Shown here one piece after another: positions 25,870 to 41,800 of a stretch of 64,000 bases of DNA. This DNA comes from Eledone cirrhosa. Its lineage: Eukaryota. The stretch's first letter is position 1, and the number at the start of each line of letters is the position of its first letter. Location of the stretch: NCBI GenBank assembly GCA_964016885.1, contig CAXHJY010001198.1, positions 1 through 64,000 on the forward strand. The letters run 5' to 3'. Position numbers and translations under genes: made by a program. The notes below the pieces were generated by a model. It saw nothing but the letters and a program-made list of their open reading frames with translations, was not told the origin of the DNA and searched no databases.

Positions 25870-28580
25870 CTAGACATGTGTGACACTCTACCAATTACTG
25901 TCAGTCCACTGCCCTAGACATGTGTGACACTCTACCAATTACTGTCAGTCCACTGCCCTAGACATGTGTGACTACCAATTACTGTCAATCCACCGCCCTA
26001 GACATGTGTGACACTCTACCAATTACTGTCAGTCCACTGCCCTAGACATGTGTGACACTCTACCAATTACTGTCAATCCACTGCCCTAGACATGTGTGAC
26101 TACCAATTACTGTCAATCCACCGCCCTAGACATGTGTGACACTCTACCAATTACTGTCAGTCCACTGCCCTAGACATGTGTGACTACCAATTACTGTCAA
26201 TCCACCGCCCTAGACATGTGTGACACTCTACCAATTACTGTCAGTCCACTGCCCTAGACATGTGTGACACTCTACCAATTACTGTCAGTCCACTGCCCTA
26301 GACATGTGTGACTACCAATTACTGTCAATCCACCGCCCTAGACATGTGTGACACTCTACCAATTACTGTCAGTCCACTGCCCTAGACATGTGTGACTACC
26401 AATTACTGTCAATCCACTGCCCTAGACATGTGTGACACTCTACCAATTACTGTCAATCCACTGCCCTAGACATGTGTGACACTCTACCAATTACTGTCAG
26501 TCCACTGCCCTAGACATGTGTGACTACCAATTACTGTCAGTCCACCGCCCTAGACATGTGTGACACTCTACCAATTACTGTCAAACCACTGCCCTAGACA
26601 TGTGTGACACTCTACCAATTACTGTCAGTCCACTGCCCTAGACATGTGTGACACTCTACCAATTACTGTCAGTCCACCGCCCTAGACATGTGTGACACTC
26701 TACCAATTACTGTCAATCCACCGCCCTAGACATGTGTGACACTCTACCAATTACTGTCAGTCCACTGCCTTAGACATGTGTGACACTCTACCAATTACTG
26801 TCAGTCCACCGCCCTAGACATGTGTGACACTCTACCAATTACTGTCAATCCACGCCCTAGACATGTGTGACACTCTACCAATTACTGTCAGTCCACTGCC
26901 CTAGACATGTGTGACACTCTACCAATTACTGTCAGTCCACTGCCCTAGACATGTGTGACACTCTACCAATTACTGTCAGTCCACTGCCCTAGACATGTGT
27001 GACACTCTACCAATTACTGTCAGTCCACTGCCCTAGACATGTGTGACACTCTACCAATTACTGTCAATCCACCGCCCTAGACATGTGTGACACTCTACCA
27101 ATTACTGTCAGTCCACTGCCCTAGACATGTGTGACACTCTACCAATTACTGTCAGTCCACTGCCCTAGACATGTGTGACACTCTACCAATTACTGTCAGT
27201 CCACTGCCCTAGACATGTGTGACACTCTACCAATTACTGTCAGTCCACTGCCCTAGACATGTGTGACACTCTACCAATTACTGTCAGTCCACTGCCCTAG
27301 ACATGTGTGACTACCAATTACTGTCAATCCACCGCCCTAGACATGTGTGACACTCTACCAATTACTGTCAGTCCACTGCCCTAGACATGTGTGACACTCT
27401 ACCAATTACTGTCAATCCACTGCCCTAGACATGTGTGACTACCAATTACTGTCAATCCACCGCCCTAGACATGTGTGACACTCTACCAATTACTGTCAGT
27501 CCACTGCCCTAGACATGTGTGACTACCAATTACTGTCAATCCACCGCCCTAGACATGTGTGACACTCTACCAATTACTGTCAGTCCACTGCCCTAGACAT
27601 GTGTGACACTCTACCAATTACTGTCAGTCCACTGCCCTAGACATGTGTGACTACCAATTACTGTCAATCCACCGCCCTAGACATGTGTGACACTCTACCA
27701 ATTACTGTCAGTCCACTGCCCTAGACATGTGTGACTACCAATTACTGTCAATCCACTGCCCTAGACATGTGTGACACTCTACCAATTACTGTCAATCCAC
27801 TGCCCTAGACATGTGTGACACTCTACCAATTACTGTCAGTCCACTGCCCTAGACATGTGTGACTACCAATTACTGTCAGTCCACCGCCCTAGACATGTGT
27901 GACACTCTACCAATTACTGTCAAACCACTGCCCTAGACATGTGTGACACTCTACCAATTACTGTCAGTCCACTGCCCTAGACATGTGTGACACTCTACCA
28001 ATTACTGTCAGTCCACCGCCCTAGACATGTGTGACACTCTACCAATTACTGTCAATCCACCGCCCTAGACATGTGTGACACTCTACCAATTACTGTCAGT
28101 CCACTGCCTTAGACATGTGTGACACTCTACCAATTACTGTCAGTCCACCGCCCTAGACATGTGTGACACTCTACCAATTACTGTCAATCCACGCCCTAGA
28201 CATGTGTGACACTCTACCAATTACTGTCAGTCCACTGCCCTAGACATGTGTGACACTCTACCAATTACTGTCAGTCCACTGCCCTAGACATGTGTGACAC
28301 TCTACCAATTACTGTCAGTCCACTGCCCTAGACATGTGTGACACTCTACCAATTACTGTCAGTCCACTGCCCTAGACATGTGTGACACTCTACCAATTAC
28401 TGTCAATCCACCGCCCTAGACATGTGTGACACTCTACCAATTACTGTCAGTCCACTGTCCTAGACATGTGTGACACTCTACCAATTACTGTCAGTCCACT
28501 GCCCTAGACATGTGTGACACTCTACCAATTACTGTCAGTCCACTGCCCTAGACATGTGTGACACTCTACCAATTACTGTC
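25870..28580. repeat. Tandem duplication with a 1,339-bp unit (31 monomers), two copies
   Basis: tcaaacc (26581/27920), tccactgcctt (26761/28100) and the 1-bp-deleted cacgcc (26851/28190) all lie +1339 apart. 1339 = 31x44 - 6x4 - 1. Confidence 0.92.
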
Positions 28581-31295
28581 AATCCACTGCCCTAGACATG
28601 TGTGACACTCTACCAATTACTGTCAATCCACTGCCCTAGACATGTGTGACACTCTACCAATTACTGTCAATCCACTGCCCTAGACATGTGTGACACTCTA
28701 CCAATTACTGTCAATCCACCGCCCTAGACATGTGTGACACTCTACCAATTACTGTCAATCCACTGCCCTAGACATGTGTGACACTCTACCAATTACTGTC
28801 AGTCCACTGCCCTAGCCATGTGTGACTACCAATTACTGTCAATCCACCTCCCTAGACATGTGTGACACTCTACCAATTACTGTCAATCCACTGCCCTATA
28901 CATGTGTGACACTCTACCAATTACTGTCAGTCTACTGCCCTAGACATGTGTGACACTTTACCAATTACTGTCAGTCCACTGCCCTAGACATGTGTGACAC
29001 TCTACCAATTACTGTCAATCCACTGCCCTAGACATGTGACACTCTACCAATTACTGTCAATCCACTGCCCTAGACATGTGTGACACTCTACCAATTACTG
29101 TCAGTCTACTGCCCTAGACATGTGTGACACTCTACCAATTACTGTCACTCCACCGCCCTAGACATGTGTGACACTCTACCAATTACTGTCAATCCACTGC
29201 CGTAGACATGTGTGACACTCTACCAATTACTGTCAATCCACTGCCCTAGACATGTGTGACACTCTACCAATTACTGTCAATCCACTGCCCTAGACATGTG
29301 TGACACTCTACCAATTACTGTCAATCCACTGCCCTAGACATGTGTGACACTCTACCAATTACTGTCAATCCACTGTCCTAGACATGTGTGACACTCTACC
29401 AATTACTGTCAATCCACTGCCCTAGACATGTGTGACACTCTACCAATTACTGTCAATCCACTGCCCTAGACATGTGTGACACTACCAATTACTGTCAATC
29501 CACCGCCCTAGACATGTGTGACACTCTACCAATTACTGTCAATCCACTGCCCTAGACATGTGTGACACTCTACTAATTACTGTCAGTCCACTGCCCTAGA
29601 CATGTGTGACACTCTACCAATTACTGTCAATCCACTGCCCTAGACATGTGTGACACTCTACCAATTACTGTCAGTCTACTGCCCTAGACATGTGTGACAC
29701 TCTACCAATTACTGTCAGTCCACTGCCCTAGACATGTGTGACACTCTACCAATTACTGTCAGTCTACTGCCCTAGACATGTGTGACACTCTACCAATTAC
29801 TGTCAATCCACTGCCCTAGATATGTGTGACATTCTACCAATTACTGTCAATCCACTGCCTCAGACATTTGTGACACTCTACCAATTACTGTCAGTCCACT
29901 GCCCTAGACATGTGTGACACTCTACCAATTACTGTCAGTCTACTGCCCTAGACATGTGTGACACTCTACCAATTACTGTCAATCCACCGCCCTAGACATG
30001 TGTGACACTCTACCAATTACTGTCAATCCACTGCCCTAGACATGTGTGACACTCTACCAATTACTGTCAATCCACTGCCCTAGACATGTGTGACACTCTA
30101 CCAATTACTGTCAGTCCACTGCCCTAGATATGTGTGACATTCTACCAATTACTGTCAATCCACTGCCCTAGACATGTGTGACACTCTACCAATTACTGTC
30201 AATCCACCGCCCTAGACATGTGTGACACTCTACCAATTACTGTCAATCCACCACCCTAGACATGTGACACTCTACCAATTACTGTCAATCCACTGCCCTA
30301 GACATGTGTGACACTCTACCAATTACTGTCAGTCCACTGCCCTAGACATGTGTGACACTCTACCAATTACTGTCAATCCACTGCCCTAGACATGTGTGAC
30401 ACTCTACCAATTACTGTCAGTCTACTGCCCTAGACATGTGTGACACTCTACCAATTACTGTCAGTCCACTGCCCTAGACATGTGTGACACTCTACCAATT
30501 ACTGTCAATCCACCGCCCTAGACATGTGTGACACTCTACCAATTACTGTCAATCCACTGCCCTAGACATGTGTGACACTCTACCAATTACTGTCAATCCA
30601 CTGCCCTAGACATGTGTGACACTCTACCAATTACTGTCAATCCACTGCCCTAGACATGTGTGACACTCTACCAATTACTGTCAATCCACCGCCCTAGACA
30701 TGTTTGACACTCTACCAATTACTGTCAATCCACTGCCCTAGACATGTGTGACACTCTACCAATTACTGTCAGTCCACTGCCCTAGATATGTGTGACACTC
30801 TACCAATTACTGTCAATCCACTGCCCTAGACATGTGTGACACTCTACCAATTACTGTCAATCCACCGCCCTAGACATGTGTGACACTCTACCAATTACTG
30901 TCAATCCACTGCCCTAGACATGTGTGACACTCTACCAATTACTGTCAACCCACCGCCCTAGACATGTGTGACACTCTACCAATTACTGTCAACCCACTGC
31001 CCTAGACATGTGTGACACTCTACCAATTACTGTCAATCCACCGCCCTAGACATGTGTGACACTCTACCAATTACTGTCAATCCACCGCCCTAGACATGTG
31101 TGACACTCTACCAATTACTGTCAATCCACCGCCCTAGACATGTGTGACACTCTACCAATTACTGTCAACCCACTGCCCTAGACATGTGTGACACTCTACC
31201 AATTACTGTCAATCCACCGCCCTAGACATGTGTGACACTCTACCAATTACTGTCAACCCACCGCCCTAGACATGTGTGACACTCTACCAATTACT

Positions 31296-31505
31296 GTCGA
31301 GCCACTGCCCTAGACATGTGACACTCTACCAATTACTGTCAAGCCACTGCCCTAGACATGTGACACTCTACCAATTACTGTCAAGCCACTGCCCTAGACA
31401 TGTGACACTCTACCAATTACTGTCAAGCCACTGCCCTAGACATGTGACACTCTACCAATTACTGTCAAGCCACTGCCCTAGACATGTGACACTCTACCAA
31501 TTACT
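31296..31505. repeat. Local sub-array of five 42-bp variant monomers (GTCAAGCC... plus TG deletion)
   Basis: Units start at 31296, 31338, 31380, 31422 and 31464. All carry T6G and the TG deletion; the first also has A4G. This produces the 85-aa ORF. Confidence 0.93.
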
Positions 31506-33169
31506 GTCAACCCACTGCCCTAGACATGTGTGACACTCTACCAATTACTGTCAATCCACCGCCCTAGACATGTGACACTCTACCAATTACTGTCAATCCA
31601 CTGCCCTAGACATGTGTGACACTCTACCAATTACTGTCAACCCACTGCCCTAGACACGTGTGACACTCTACCAATTACTGTCAGTCCACTGCCCTAGACA
31701 TGTGTGACACTCTACCAATTACTGTCAGTCCACCGCCCTAGACATGTGTGACACTCTACCAATTACTGTCAGTCCACTGCCCTAGACATGTGTGACACTC
31801 TACCAATTACTGTCAATCCACTGCCCTAGACATGTGTGACACTCTACCAATTACTGTCAGTCCACTGCCCTAGACATGTGTGACACTCTACCAATTACTG
31901 TCAGTCCACTGCCCTAGACATGTGTGACACTCTACCAATTACTGTCAATCCACTGCCCTAGACATGTGTGACACTCTACCAATTACTGTCAATCCACTGC
32001 CCTAGACATGTGTGACACTCTACCAATTACTGTCAGTCCACTGCCCTAGACATGTGTGACACTCTACCAATTACTGTCAGTCCACCGCCCTAGACATGTG
32101 TGACACTCTACCAATTACTGTCAATCCACCGCCCTAGACATGTGTGACACTCTACCAATTACTGTCAATCCACTGCCCTAGACATGTGTGACACTCTACC
32201 AATTACTGTCAGTCCACTGCCCTAGCCATGTGTGACTACCAATTACTGTCAATCCACCTCCCTAGACATGTGTGACACTCTACCAATTACTGTCAATCCA
32301 CTGCCCTAGACATGTGTGACACTCTACCAATTACTGTCAATCCACTGCCCTAGACATGTGACACTCTACCAATTACTGTCAATCCACTGCCCTAGACATG
32401 TGTGACACTCTACCAATTACTGTCAGTCTACTGCCCTAGACATGTGTGACACTCTACCAATTACTGTCACTCCACCGCCCTAGACATGTGTGACACTCTA
32501 CCAATTACTGTCAATCCACTGCCGTAGACATGTGTGACACTCTACCAATTACTGTCAATCCACTGCCCTAGACATGTGTGACACTCTACCAATTACTGTC
32601 AATCCACTGCCCTAGACATGTGTGACACTCTACCAATTACTGTCAATCCACTGCCCTAGACATGTGTGACACTCTACCAATTACTGTCAATCCACTGCCC
32701 TAGACATGTGTGACACTCTACCAATTACTGTCAATCCACTGCCCTAGACATGTGTGACACTCTATCAATTACTGTCAGTCCACTGCCCTAGACATGTGTG
32801 ACACTCTACCAAGTACTGTCAATCCACTGCCCTAGACATGTGTGACACTCTACCAATTACTGTCAATCCACTGCCCTAGACATGTGTGACACTCTACCAA
32901 TTACTGTCAGTCTACTGCCCTAGACGTGTGTGACACTCTACCAATTACTGTCAATCCACCGCCCTAGACATGTGTGACACTCTACCAATTACTGTCAATC
33001 CACTGCCCTAGACACGTGTGACACTCTACCAATTACTGTCAGTCTACTGCCCTAGACATGTGTGACACTCTACCAATTACTGTCAGTCCACTGCCCTAGA
33101 CATGTGTGACACTCTACCAATTACTGTCAGTCTACTGCCCTAGACATGTGTGACACTCTACCAATTACT

Positions 33170-33610
33170 GTCAATCCACCGCCCTAGACATGTGTGACAC
33201 TCTACCAATTACTGTCAATCCACTGCCTCAGACATTTGTGACACTCTACCAATTACTGTCAATCCACCGCCCTAGACATGTGTGACACTCTACCAATTAC
33301 TGTCAATCCACTGCCCTAGACATGTGTGACACTCTACCAATTACTGTCAATCCACTGCCTCAGACATTTGTGACACTCTACCAATTACTGTCAATCCACC
33401 GCCCTAGACATGTGTGACACTCTACCAATTACTGTCAATCCACTGCCCTAGACATGTGTGACACTCTACCAATTACTGTCAATCCACTGCCTCAGACATT
33501 TGTGACACTCTACCAATTACTGTCAATCCACCGCCCTAGACATGTGTGACACTCTACCAATTACTGTCAATCCACTGCCCTAGACATGTGTGACACTCTA
33601 CCAATTACTG
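33170..33610. repeat. 132-bp (3-monomer) higher-order repeat, three copies
   Basis: gcctcagacattt at 33225, 33357 and 33489. Confidence 0.88.
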
Positions 33611-35829
33611 TCAGTCCACTGCCCTAGACATGTGTGACACTCTACCAATTACTGTCAATCCACCGCCCTAGACATGTGTGACACTCTACCAATTACTGTC
33701 AATCCACCACCCTAGACATGTGTGACACTCTACCGATTACTGTCAATCCACTGCCCTAGACATGTGTGACACTCTACCAATTACTGTCAGTCCACTGCCC
33801 TAGACATGTGTGACACTCTACCAATTACTGTCAATCCACTGCCCTAGACATGTGTGACACTCTACCAATTACTGTCAGTCTACTGCCCTAGACATGTGTG
33901 ACACTCTACCAATTACTGTCAGTCCACTGCCCTAGACATGTGTGACACTCTACCAATTACTGTCAATCCACCGCCCTAGACATGTGTGACACTCTACCAA
34001 TTACTGTCAATCCACTGCCCTAGACATGTGTGACACTCTACCAATTACTGTCAATCCACTGCCCTAGACATGTGTGACACTCTACCAATTACTGTCAATC
34101 AACTGCCCTAGACATGTGTGACACTCTACCAATTACTGTCAATCCACTGCCCTAGACATGTGTGACACTCTACCAATTACTGTCAATCCACTGCCCTAGA
34201 CATGTGTGACACTCTACCAATTACTGTCAATCCACTGCCCTAGACATGTGTGACACTCTACCAATTACTGTCAGTCCACTGCCCTAGACATGTGTGACAC
34301 TCTACCAAGTACTGTCAATCCACTGCCCTAGACATGTGTGACACTCTACCAATTACTGTCAATCCACTGCCCTAGACATGTGTGACACTCTACCAATTAC
34401 TGTCAGTCTACTGCCCTAGACGTGTGTGACACTCTACCAATTACTGTCAATCCACCGCCCTAGACATGTGTGACACTCTACCAATTACTGTCAATCCACT
34501 GCCCTAGACACGTGTGACACTCTACCAATTACTGTCAGTCTACTGCCCTAGACATGTGTGACACTCTACCAATTACTGTCAGTCCACTGCCCTAGACATG
34601 TGTGACACTCTACCAATTACTGTCAGTCCACTGCCCTAGACATGTGTGACACTCTACCAATTACTGTCAGTCCACTGCCCTAGACATGTGTGACACTCTA
34701 CCAATTACTGTCAATCCACCGCCCTAGACATGTGTGACACTCTACCAATTACTGTCAATCCACTGCCCTAGACATGTGTGACACTCTACCAATTACTGTC
34801 AGTCCACTGCCCTAGACATGTGTGACACTCTACCAATTACTGTCAATCAACTGCCCTAGACATGTGTGACACTCTACCAATTACTGTCAGTCTACTGCCC
34901 TAGACATGTGTGACACTCTACCAATTACTGTCAGTCCACTGCCCTAGACATGTGTGACACTCTACCAATTACTGTCAATCCACCGCCCTAGACATGTGTG
35001 ACACTCTACCAATTACTGTCAATCCACTGCCCTAGACATGTGTGACACTCTACCAATTAATGTCAATCCACTGCCCTAGACATGTGTGACACTCTACCAA
35101 TTACTGTCAATCCACCGCCCTAGACATGTGTGACACTCTACCAATTACTGTCAATCCACCGCCCTAGACATGTGTGACACTCTACCAATTACTGTCAATC
35201 CACTGCCCTAGACATGTGTGACACTCTACCAATTACTGTCAATCCACTGCCCTAGACATGTGTGACACTCTACCAATTACTGTCAATCCACCGCCCTAGA
35301 CATGTGTGACACTCTACCAATTACTGTCAATCCACTGCCCTAGACATGTGTGACGCTCTACCAATTACTGTCAGTCCACTGCCCTAGATATGTGTGACAC
35401 TCTACCAATTACTGTCAATCCACTGCCCTAGACATGTGTGACACTCTACCAATTACTGTCAATCCACCGCCCTAGACATGTGTGACACTCTACCAATTAC
35501 TGTCAACCCACCGCCCTAGACATGTGTGACACTCTACCAATTACTGTCAACCCACTGCCCTAGACATGTGTGACACTCTACCAATTACTGTCAATCCACC
35601 GCCCTAGACATGTGACACTCTACCAATTACTGTCAATCCACTGCCCTAGACATGTGTGACACTCTACCAATTACTGTCAACCCACTGCCCTAGACACGTG
35701 TGACACTCTACCAATTACTGTCAGTCCACTGCCCTAGACATGTGTGACACTCTACCAATTACTCTTAGTCCACCGCCCTAGACATGTGTGACACTCTACC
35801 AATTACTGTCAGTCCACTGCCCTAGACAT

Positions 35830-38800
35830 GTGTGACACTCTACCAATTACTGTCAATCCACTGCCCTAGACATGTGTGACACTCTACCAATTACTGTCAG
35901 TCCACTGCCCTAGACATGTGTGACACTCTACCAATTACTGTCAGTCCACTGCCCTAGACATGTGTGACACTCTACCAATTACTGTCAATCCACTGCCCTA
36001 GACATGTGTGACACTCTACCAATTACTGTCAATCCACTGCCCTAGACATGTGTGACACTCTACCAATTACTGTCAGTCCACTGCCCTAGACATGTGTGAC
36101 ACTCTACCAATTACTGTCAGTCCACCGCCCTAGACATGTGTGACACTCTACCAATTACTGTCAATCCACCGCCCTAGACATGTGTGACACTCTACCAATT
36201 ACTGTCAATCCACTGCCCTAGACATGTGTGACACTCTACCAATTACTGTCAGTCCACTGCCCTAGCCATGTGTGACTACCAATTACTGTCAATCCACCTC
36301 CCTAGACATGTGTGACACTCTACCAATTACTGTCAATCCACTGCCCTAGACATGTGTGACACTCTACCAATTACTGTCAATCCACTGCCCTAGACATGTG
36401 TGACACTCTACCAATTACTGTCAGTCTACTGCCCTAGACATGTGTGACACTCTACCAATTACTGTCACTCCACCGCCCTAGACATGTGTGACACTCTACC
36501 AATTACTGTCAATCCACTGCCGTAGACATGTGTGACACTCTACCAATTACTGTCAATCCACTGCCCTAGACATGTGTGACACTCTACCAATTACTGTCAA
36601 TCCACTGCCCTAGACATGTGTGACACTCTACCAATTACTGTCAATCCACTGCCCTAGACATGTGTGACACTCTACCAATTACTGTCAATCCACTGCCCTA
36701 GACATGTGTGACACTCTACCAATTACTGTCAATCCACTGCCCTAGACATGTGTGACACTCTACCAATTACTGTCAATCCACTGCCCTAGACATGTGTGAC
36801 ACTCTACCAATTACTGTCAATCCACTGCCCTAGACATGTGTGACACTCTACCAATTACTGTCAATCCACTGCCCTAGACATGTGTGACACTCTACCAATT
36901 ACTGTCAATCCACTGCCCTAGACATGTGTGACACTCTACCAATTACTGTCACTCCACCGCCCTAGACATGTGTGACACTCTACCAATTACTGTCAATCCA
37001 CTGCCGTAGACATGTGTGACACTCTACCAATTACTGTCAATCCACTGCCCTAGACATGTGTGACACTCTACCAATTACTGTCAATCCACTGCCCTAGACA
37101 TGTGTGACACTCTACCAATTACTGTCAATCCACTGCCCTAGACATGTGTGACACTCTACCAATTACTGTCAATCCACTGCCCTAGACATGTGTGACACTC
37201 TACCAATTACTGTCAATCCACTGCCCTAGACATGTGTGACACTCTACCAATTACTGTCAATCCACTGCCGTAGACATGTGTGACACTCTACCAATTACTG
37301 TCAATCCACTGCCCTAGACATGTGTGACACTCTACCAATTACTGTCAATCCACTGCCCTAGACATGTGTGACACTCTACCAATTACTGTCAATCCACTGC
37401 CCTAGACATGTGTGACACTCTACCAATTACTGTCAATCCACTGCCCTAGACATGTGTGACACTCTACCAATTACTGTCAATCCACTGCCCTAGACATGTG
37501 TGACACTCTACCAATTACTGTCAATCCACTGCCCTAGACATGTGTGACACTCTACCAATTACTGTCAATCCACTGCCCTAGACATGTGTGACACTCTACC
37601 AATTACTGTCAATCCACTGCCCTAGACATGTGTGACACTCTACCAATTACTGTCAATCCACTGCCCTAGACATGTGTGACACTCTACCAATTACTGTCAA
37701 TCCACTGCCCTAGACATGTGTGACACTCTACCAATTACTGTCAGTCTACTGCCCTAGACGTGTGTGACACTCTACCAATTACTGTCAATCCACCGCCCTA
37801 GACATGTGTGACACTCTACCAATTACTGTCAATCCACTGCCCTAGACATGTGTGACACTCTACCAATTACTGTCAGTCTACTGCCCTAGACATGTGTGAC
37901 ACTCTACCAATTACTGTCAATCCACTGCCCTAGATATGTGTGACATTCTACCAATTACTGTCAATCCACTGCCTCAGACATTTGTGACACTCTACCAATT
38001 ACTGTCAGTCCACTGCCCTAGATATGTGTGACACTCTACCAATTACTGTCAATCCACTGCCCTAGACATGTGTGACACTCTACCAATTACTGTCAATCCA
38101 CCGCCCTAGACATGTGTGACACTCTACCAATTACTGTCAATCCACTGCCCTAGACATGTGTGACACTCTACCAATTACTGTCAACCCACCGCCCTAGACA
38201 TGTGTGACACTCTACCAATTACTGTCAACCCACTGCCCTAGACATGTGTGACACTCTACCAATTACTGTCAATCCACCGCCCTAGACATGTGTGACACTC
38301 TACCAATTACTGTCAATCCACCGCCCTAGACATGTGTGACACTCTACCAATTACTGTCAACCCACTGCCCTAGACATGTGTGACACTCTACCAATTACTG
38401 TCAATCCACCGCCCTAGACATGTGTGACACTCTACCAATTACTGTCAACCCACCGCCCTAGACATGTGTGACACTCTACCAATTACTGTCAACCCACTGC
38501 CCTAGACATATGTGACACTCTACCAATTACTGTCAATCCACCGCCCTAGACATGTGACACTCTACCAATTACTGTCAATCCACTGCCCTAGACATGTGTG
38601 ACACTCTACCAATTACTGTCAACCCACTGCCCTAGACATGTGTGACACTCTACCAATTACTGTCAATCCACTGCCCTAGACATGTGTGACACTCTACCAA
38701 TTACTGTCAGTCCACTGCCCTAGACATGTGTGACACTCTACCAATTACTGTCAGTCCACTGCCCTAGACATGTGTGACACTCTACCAATTACTGTCAATC

Positions 38801-41800
38801 CACTGCCCTAGACATGTGTGACACTCTACCAATTACTGTCAATCCACTGCCCTAGACATGTGTGACACTCTACCAATTACTGTCAATCCACTGCCCTAGA
38901 CATGTGTGACACTCTACCAATTACTGTCAGTCCACTGCCCTAGACATGTGTGACTACCAATTACTGTCAATCCACCTCCCTAGACATGTGTGACACTCTA
39001 CCAATTACTGTCAATCCACTGCCCTAGACATGTGTGACACTCTACCAATTACTGTCAATCCACTGCCCTAGACATGTGTGACACTCTACCAATTACTGTC
39101 AATCCACTGCCCTAGACATGTGTGACACTCTACCAATTACTGTCAATCCACTGCCCTAGACATGTGTGACACTCTACCAATTACTGTCAGTCCACTGCCC
39201 TAGACATGTGTGACACTCTACCAATTACTGTCAATCCACTGCCCTAGACATGTGTGACACTCTACCAATTACTGTCAGTCCACTGCCCTAGACATGTGTG
39301 ACACTCTACCAATTACTGTCAGTCCACTGCCCTAGACATGTGTGACACTCTACCAATTACTGTCAATCCACTGCCCTAGACATGTGTGACACTCTACCAA
39401 TTACTGTCAATCCACTGCCCTAGACATGTGTGACACTCTACCAATTACTGTCAGTCCACTGCCCTAGACATGTGTGACACTCTACCAATTACTGTCAGTC
39501 CACCGCCCTAGACATGTGTGACACTCTACCAATTACTGTCAATCCACCGCCCTAGACATGTGTGACACTCTACCAATTACTGTCAATCCACTGCCCTAGA
39601 CATGTGTGACACTCTACCAATTACTGTCAGTCCACTGCCCTAGCCATGTGTGACTACCAATTACTGTCAATCCACCTCCCTAGACATGTGTGACACTCTA
39701 CCAATTACTGTCAATCCACTGCCCTAGACATGTGTGACACTCTACCAATTACTGTCAATCCACTGCCCTAGACATGTGTGACACTCTACCAATTACTGTC
39801 AGTCTACTGCCCTAGACATGTGTGACACTCTACCAATTACTGTCACTCCACCGCCCTAGACATGTGTGACACTCTACCAATTACTGTCAATCCACTGCCG
39901 TAGACATGTGTGACACTCTACCAATTACTGTCAATCCACTGCCCTAGACATGTGTGACACTCTACCAATTACTGTCAATCCACTGCCCTAGACATGTGTG
40001 ACACTCTACCAATTACTGTCAATCCACTGCCCTAGACATGTGTGACACTCTACCAATTACTGTCAATCCACTGCCCTAGACATGTGTGACACTCTACCAA
40101 TTACTGTCAATCCACTGCCCTAGACATGTGTGACACTCTACCAATTACTGTCAATCCACTGCCCTAGACATGTGTGACACTCTACCAATTACTGTCAATC
40201 CACTGCCCTAGACATGTGTGACACTCTACCAATTACTGTCAATCCACTGCCCTAGACATGTGTGACACTCTACCAATTACTGTCAATCCACTGCCCTAGA
40301 CATGTGTGACACTCTACCAATTACTGTCACTCCACCGCCCTAGACATGTGTGACACTCTACCAATTACTGTCAATCCACTGCCGTAGACATGTGTGACAC
40401 TCTACCAATTACTGTCAATCCACTGCCCTAGACATGTGTGACACTCTACCAATTACTGTCAATCCACTGCCCTAGACATGTGTGACACTCTACCAATTAC
40501 TGTCAATCCACTGCCCTAGACATGTGTGACACTCTACCAATTACTGTCAATCCACTGCCCTAGACATGTGTGACACTCTACCAATTACTGTCAATCCACT
40601 GCCCTAGACATGTGTGACACTCTACCAATTACTGTCAATCCACTGCCGTAGACATGTGTGACACTCTACCAATTACTGTCAATCCACTGCCCTAGACATG
40701 TGTGACACTCTACCAATTACTGTCAATCCACTGCCCTAGACATGTGTGACACTCTACCAATTACTGTCAATCCACTGCCCTAGACATGTGTGACACTCTA
40801 CCAATTACTGTCAATCCACTCCCCTAGACATGTGTGACACTCTACCAATTACTGTCAATCCACTGCCCTAGACATGTGTGACACTCTACCAATTACTGTC
40901 AATCCACTGCCCTAGACATGTGTGACACTCTACCAATTACTGTCAATCCACTGCCCTAGACATGTGTGACACTCTACCAATTACTGTCAATCCACTGCCC
41001 TAGACATGTGTGACACTCTACCAATTACTGTCAATCCACTGCCCTAGACATGTGTGACACTCTACCAATTACTGTCAATCCACTGCCCTAGACATGTGTG
41101 ACACTCTACCAATTACTGTCAATCCACTGCCCTAGACATGTGTGACACTCTACCAATTACTGTCAGTCTACTGCCCTAGACGTGTGTGACACTCTACCAA
41201 TTACTGTCAATCCACCGCCCTAGACATGTGTGACACTCTACCAATTACTGTCAATCCACTGCCCTAGACATGTGTGACACTCTACCAATTACTGTCAGTC
41301 TACTGCCCTAGACATGTGTGACACTCTACCAATTACTGTCAATCCACTGCCCTAGATATGTGTGACATTCTACCAATTACTGTCAATCCACTGCCTCAGA
41401 CATTTGTGACACTCTACCAATTACTGTCAGTCCACTGCCCTAGATATGTGTGACACTCTACCAATTACTGTCAATCCACTGCCCTAGACATGTGTGACAC
41501 TCTACCAATTACTGTCAATCCACCGCCCTAGACATGTGTGACACTCTACCAATTACTGTCAATCCACTGCCCTAGACATGTGTGACACTCTACCAATTAC
41601 TGTCAACCCACCGCCCTAGACATGTGTGACACTCTACCAATTACTGTCAACCCACTGCCCTAGACATGTGTGACACTCTACCAATTACTGTCAATCCACC
41701 GCCCTAGACATGTGTGACACTCTACCAATTACTGTCAATCCACCGCCCTAGACATGTGTGACACTCTACCAATTACTGTCAACCCACTGCCCTAGACATG

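Larger units (their letters stand above)
1..28600. repeat. Array domain A: rich in 40-bp deletion monomers
   Basis: Frequent gactacc 40-mers plus recurrent tacaaatt, actatcaa, catgtctg and aattcac variants. I saw no TG-deleted 42-mers, agtctact, gccgtag or gcctcagacattt here. Confidence 0.85.

Noticed and set aside
31276-31533. 85-aa ORF as a real protein-coding gene
   Set aside because: It is a translation of satellite monomers with a GTG start that exists in every unit, no unique flanks and no recognisable domain. It is fully explained by five frame-preserving 42-mers.
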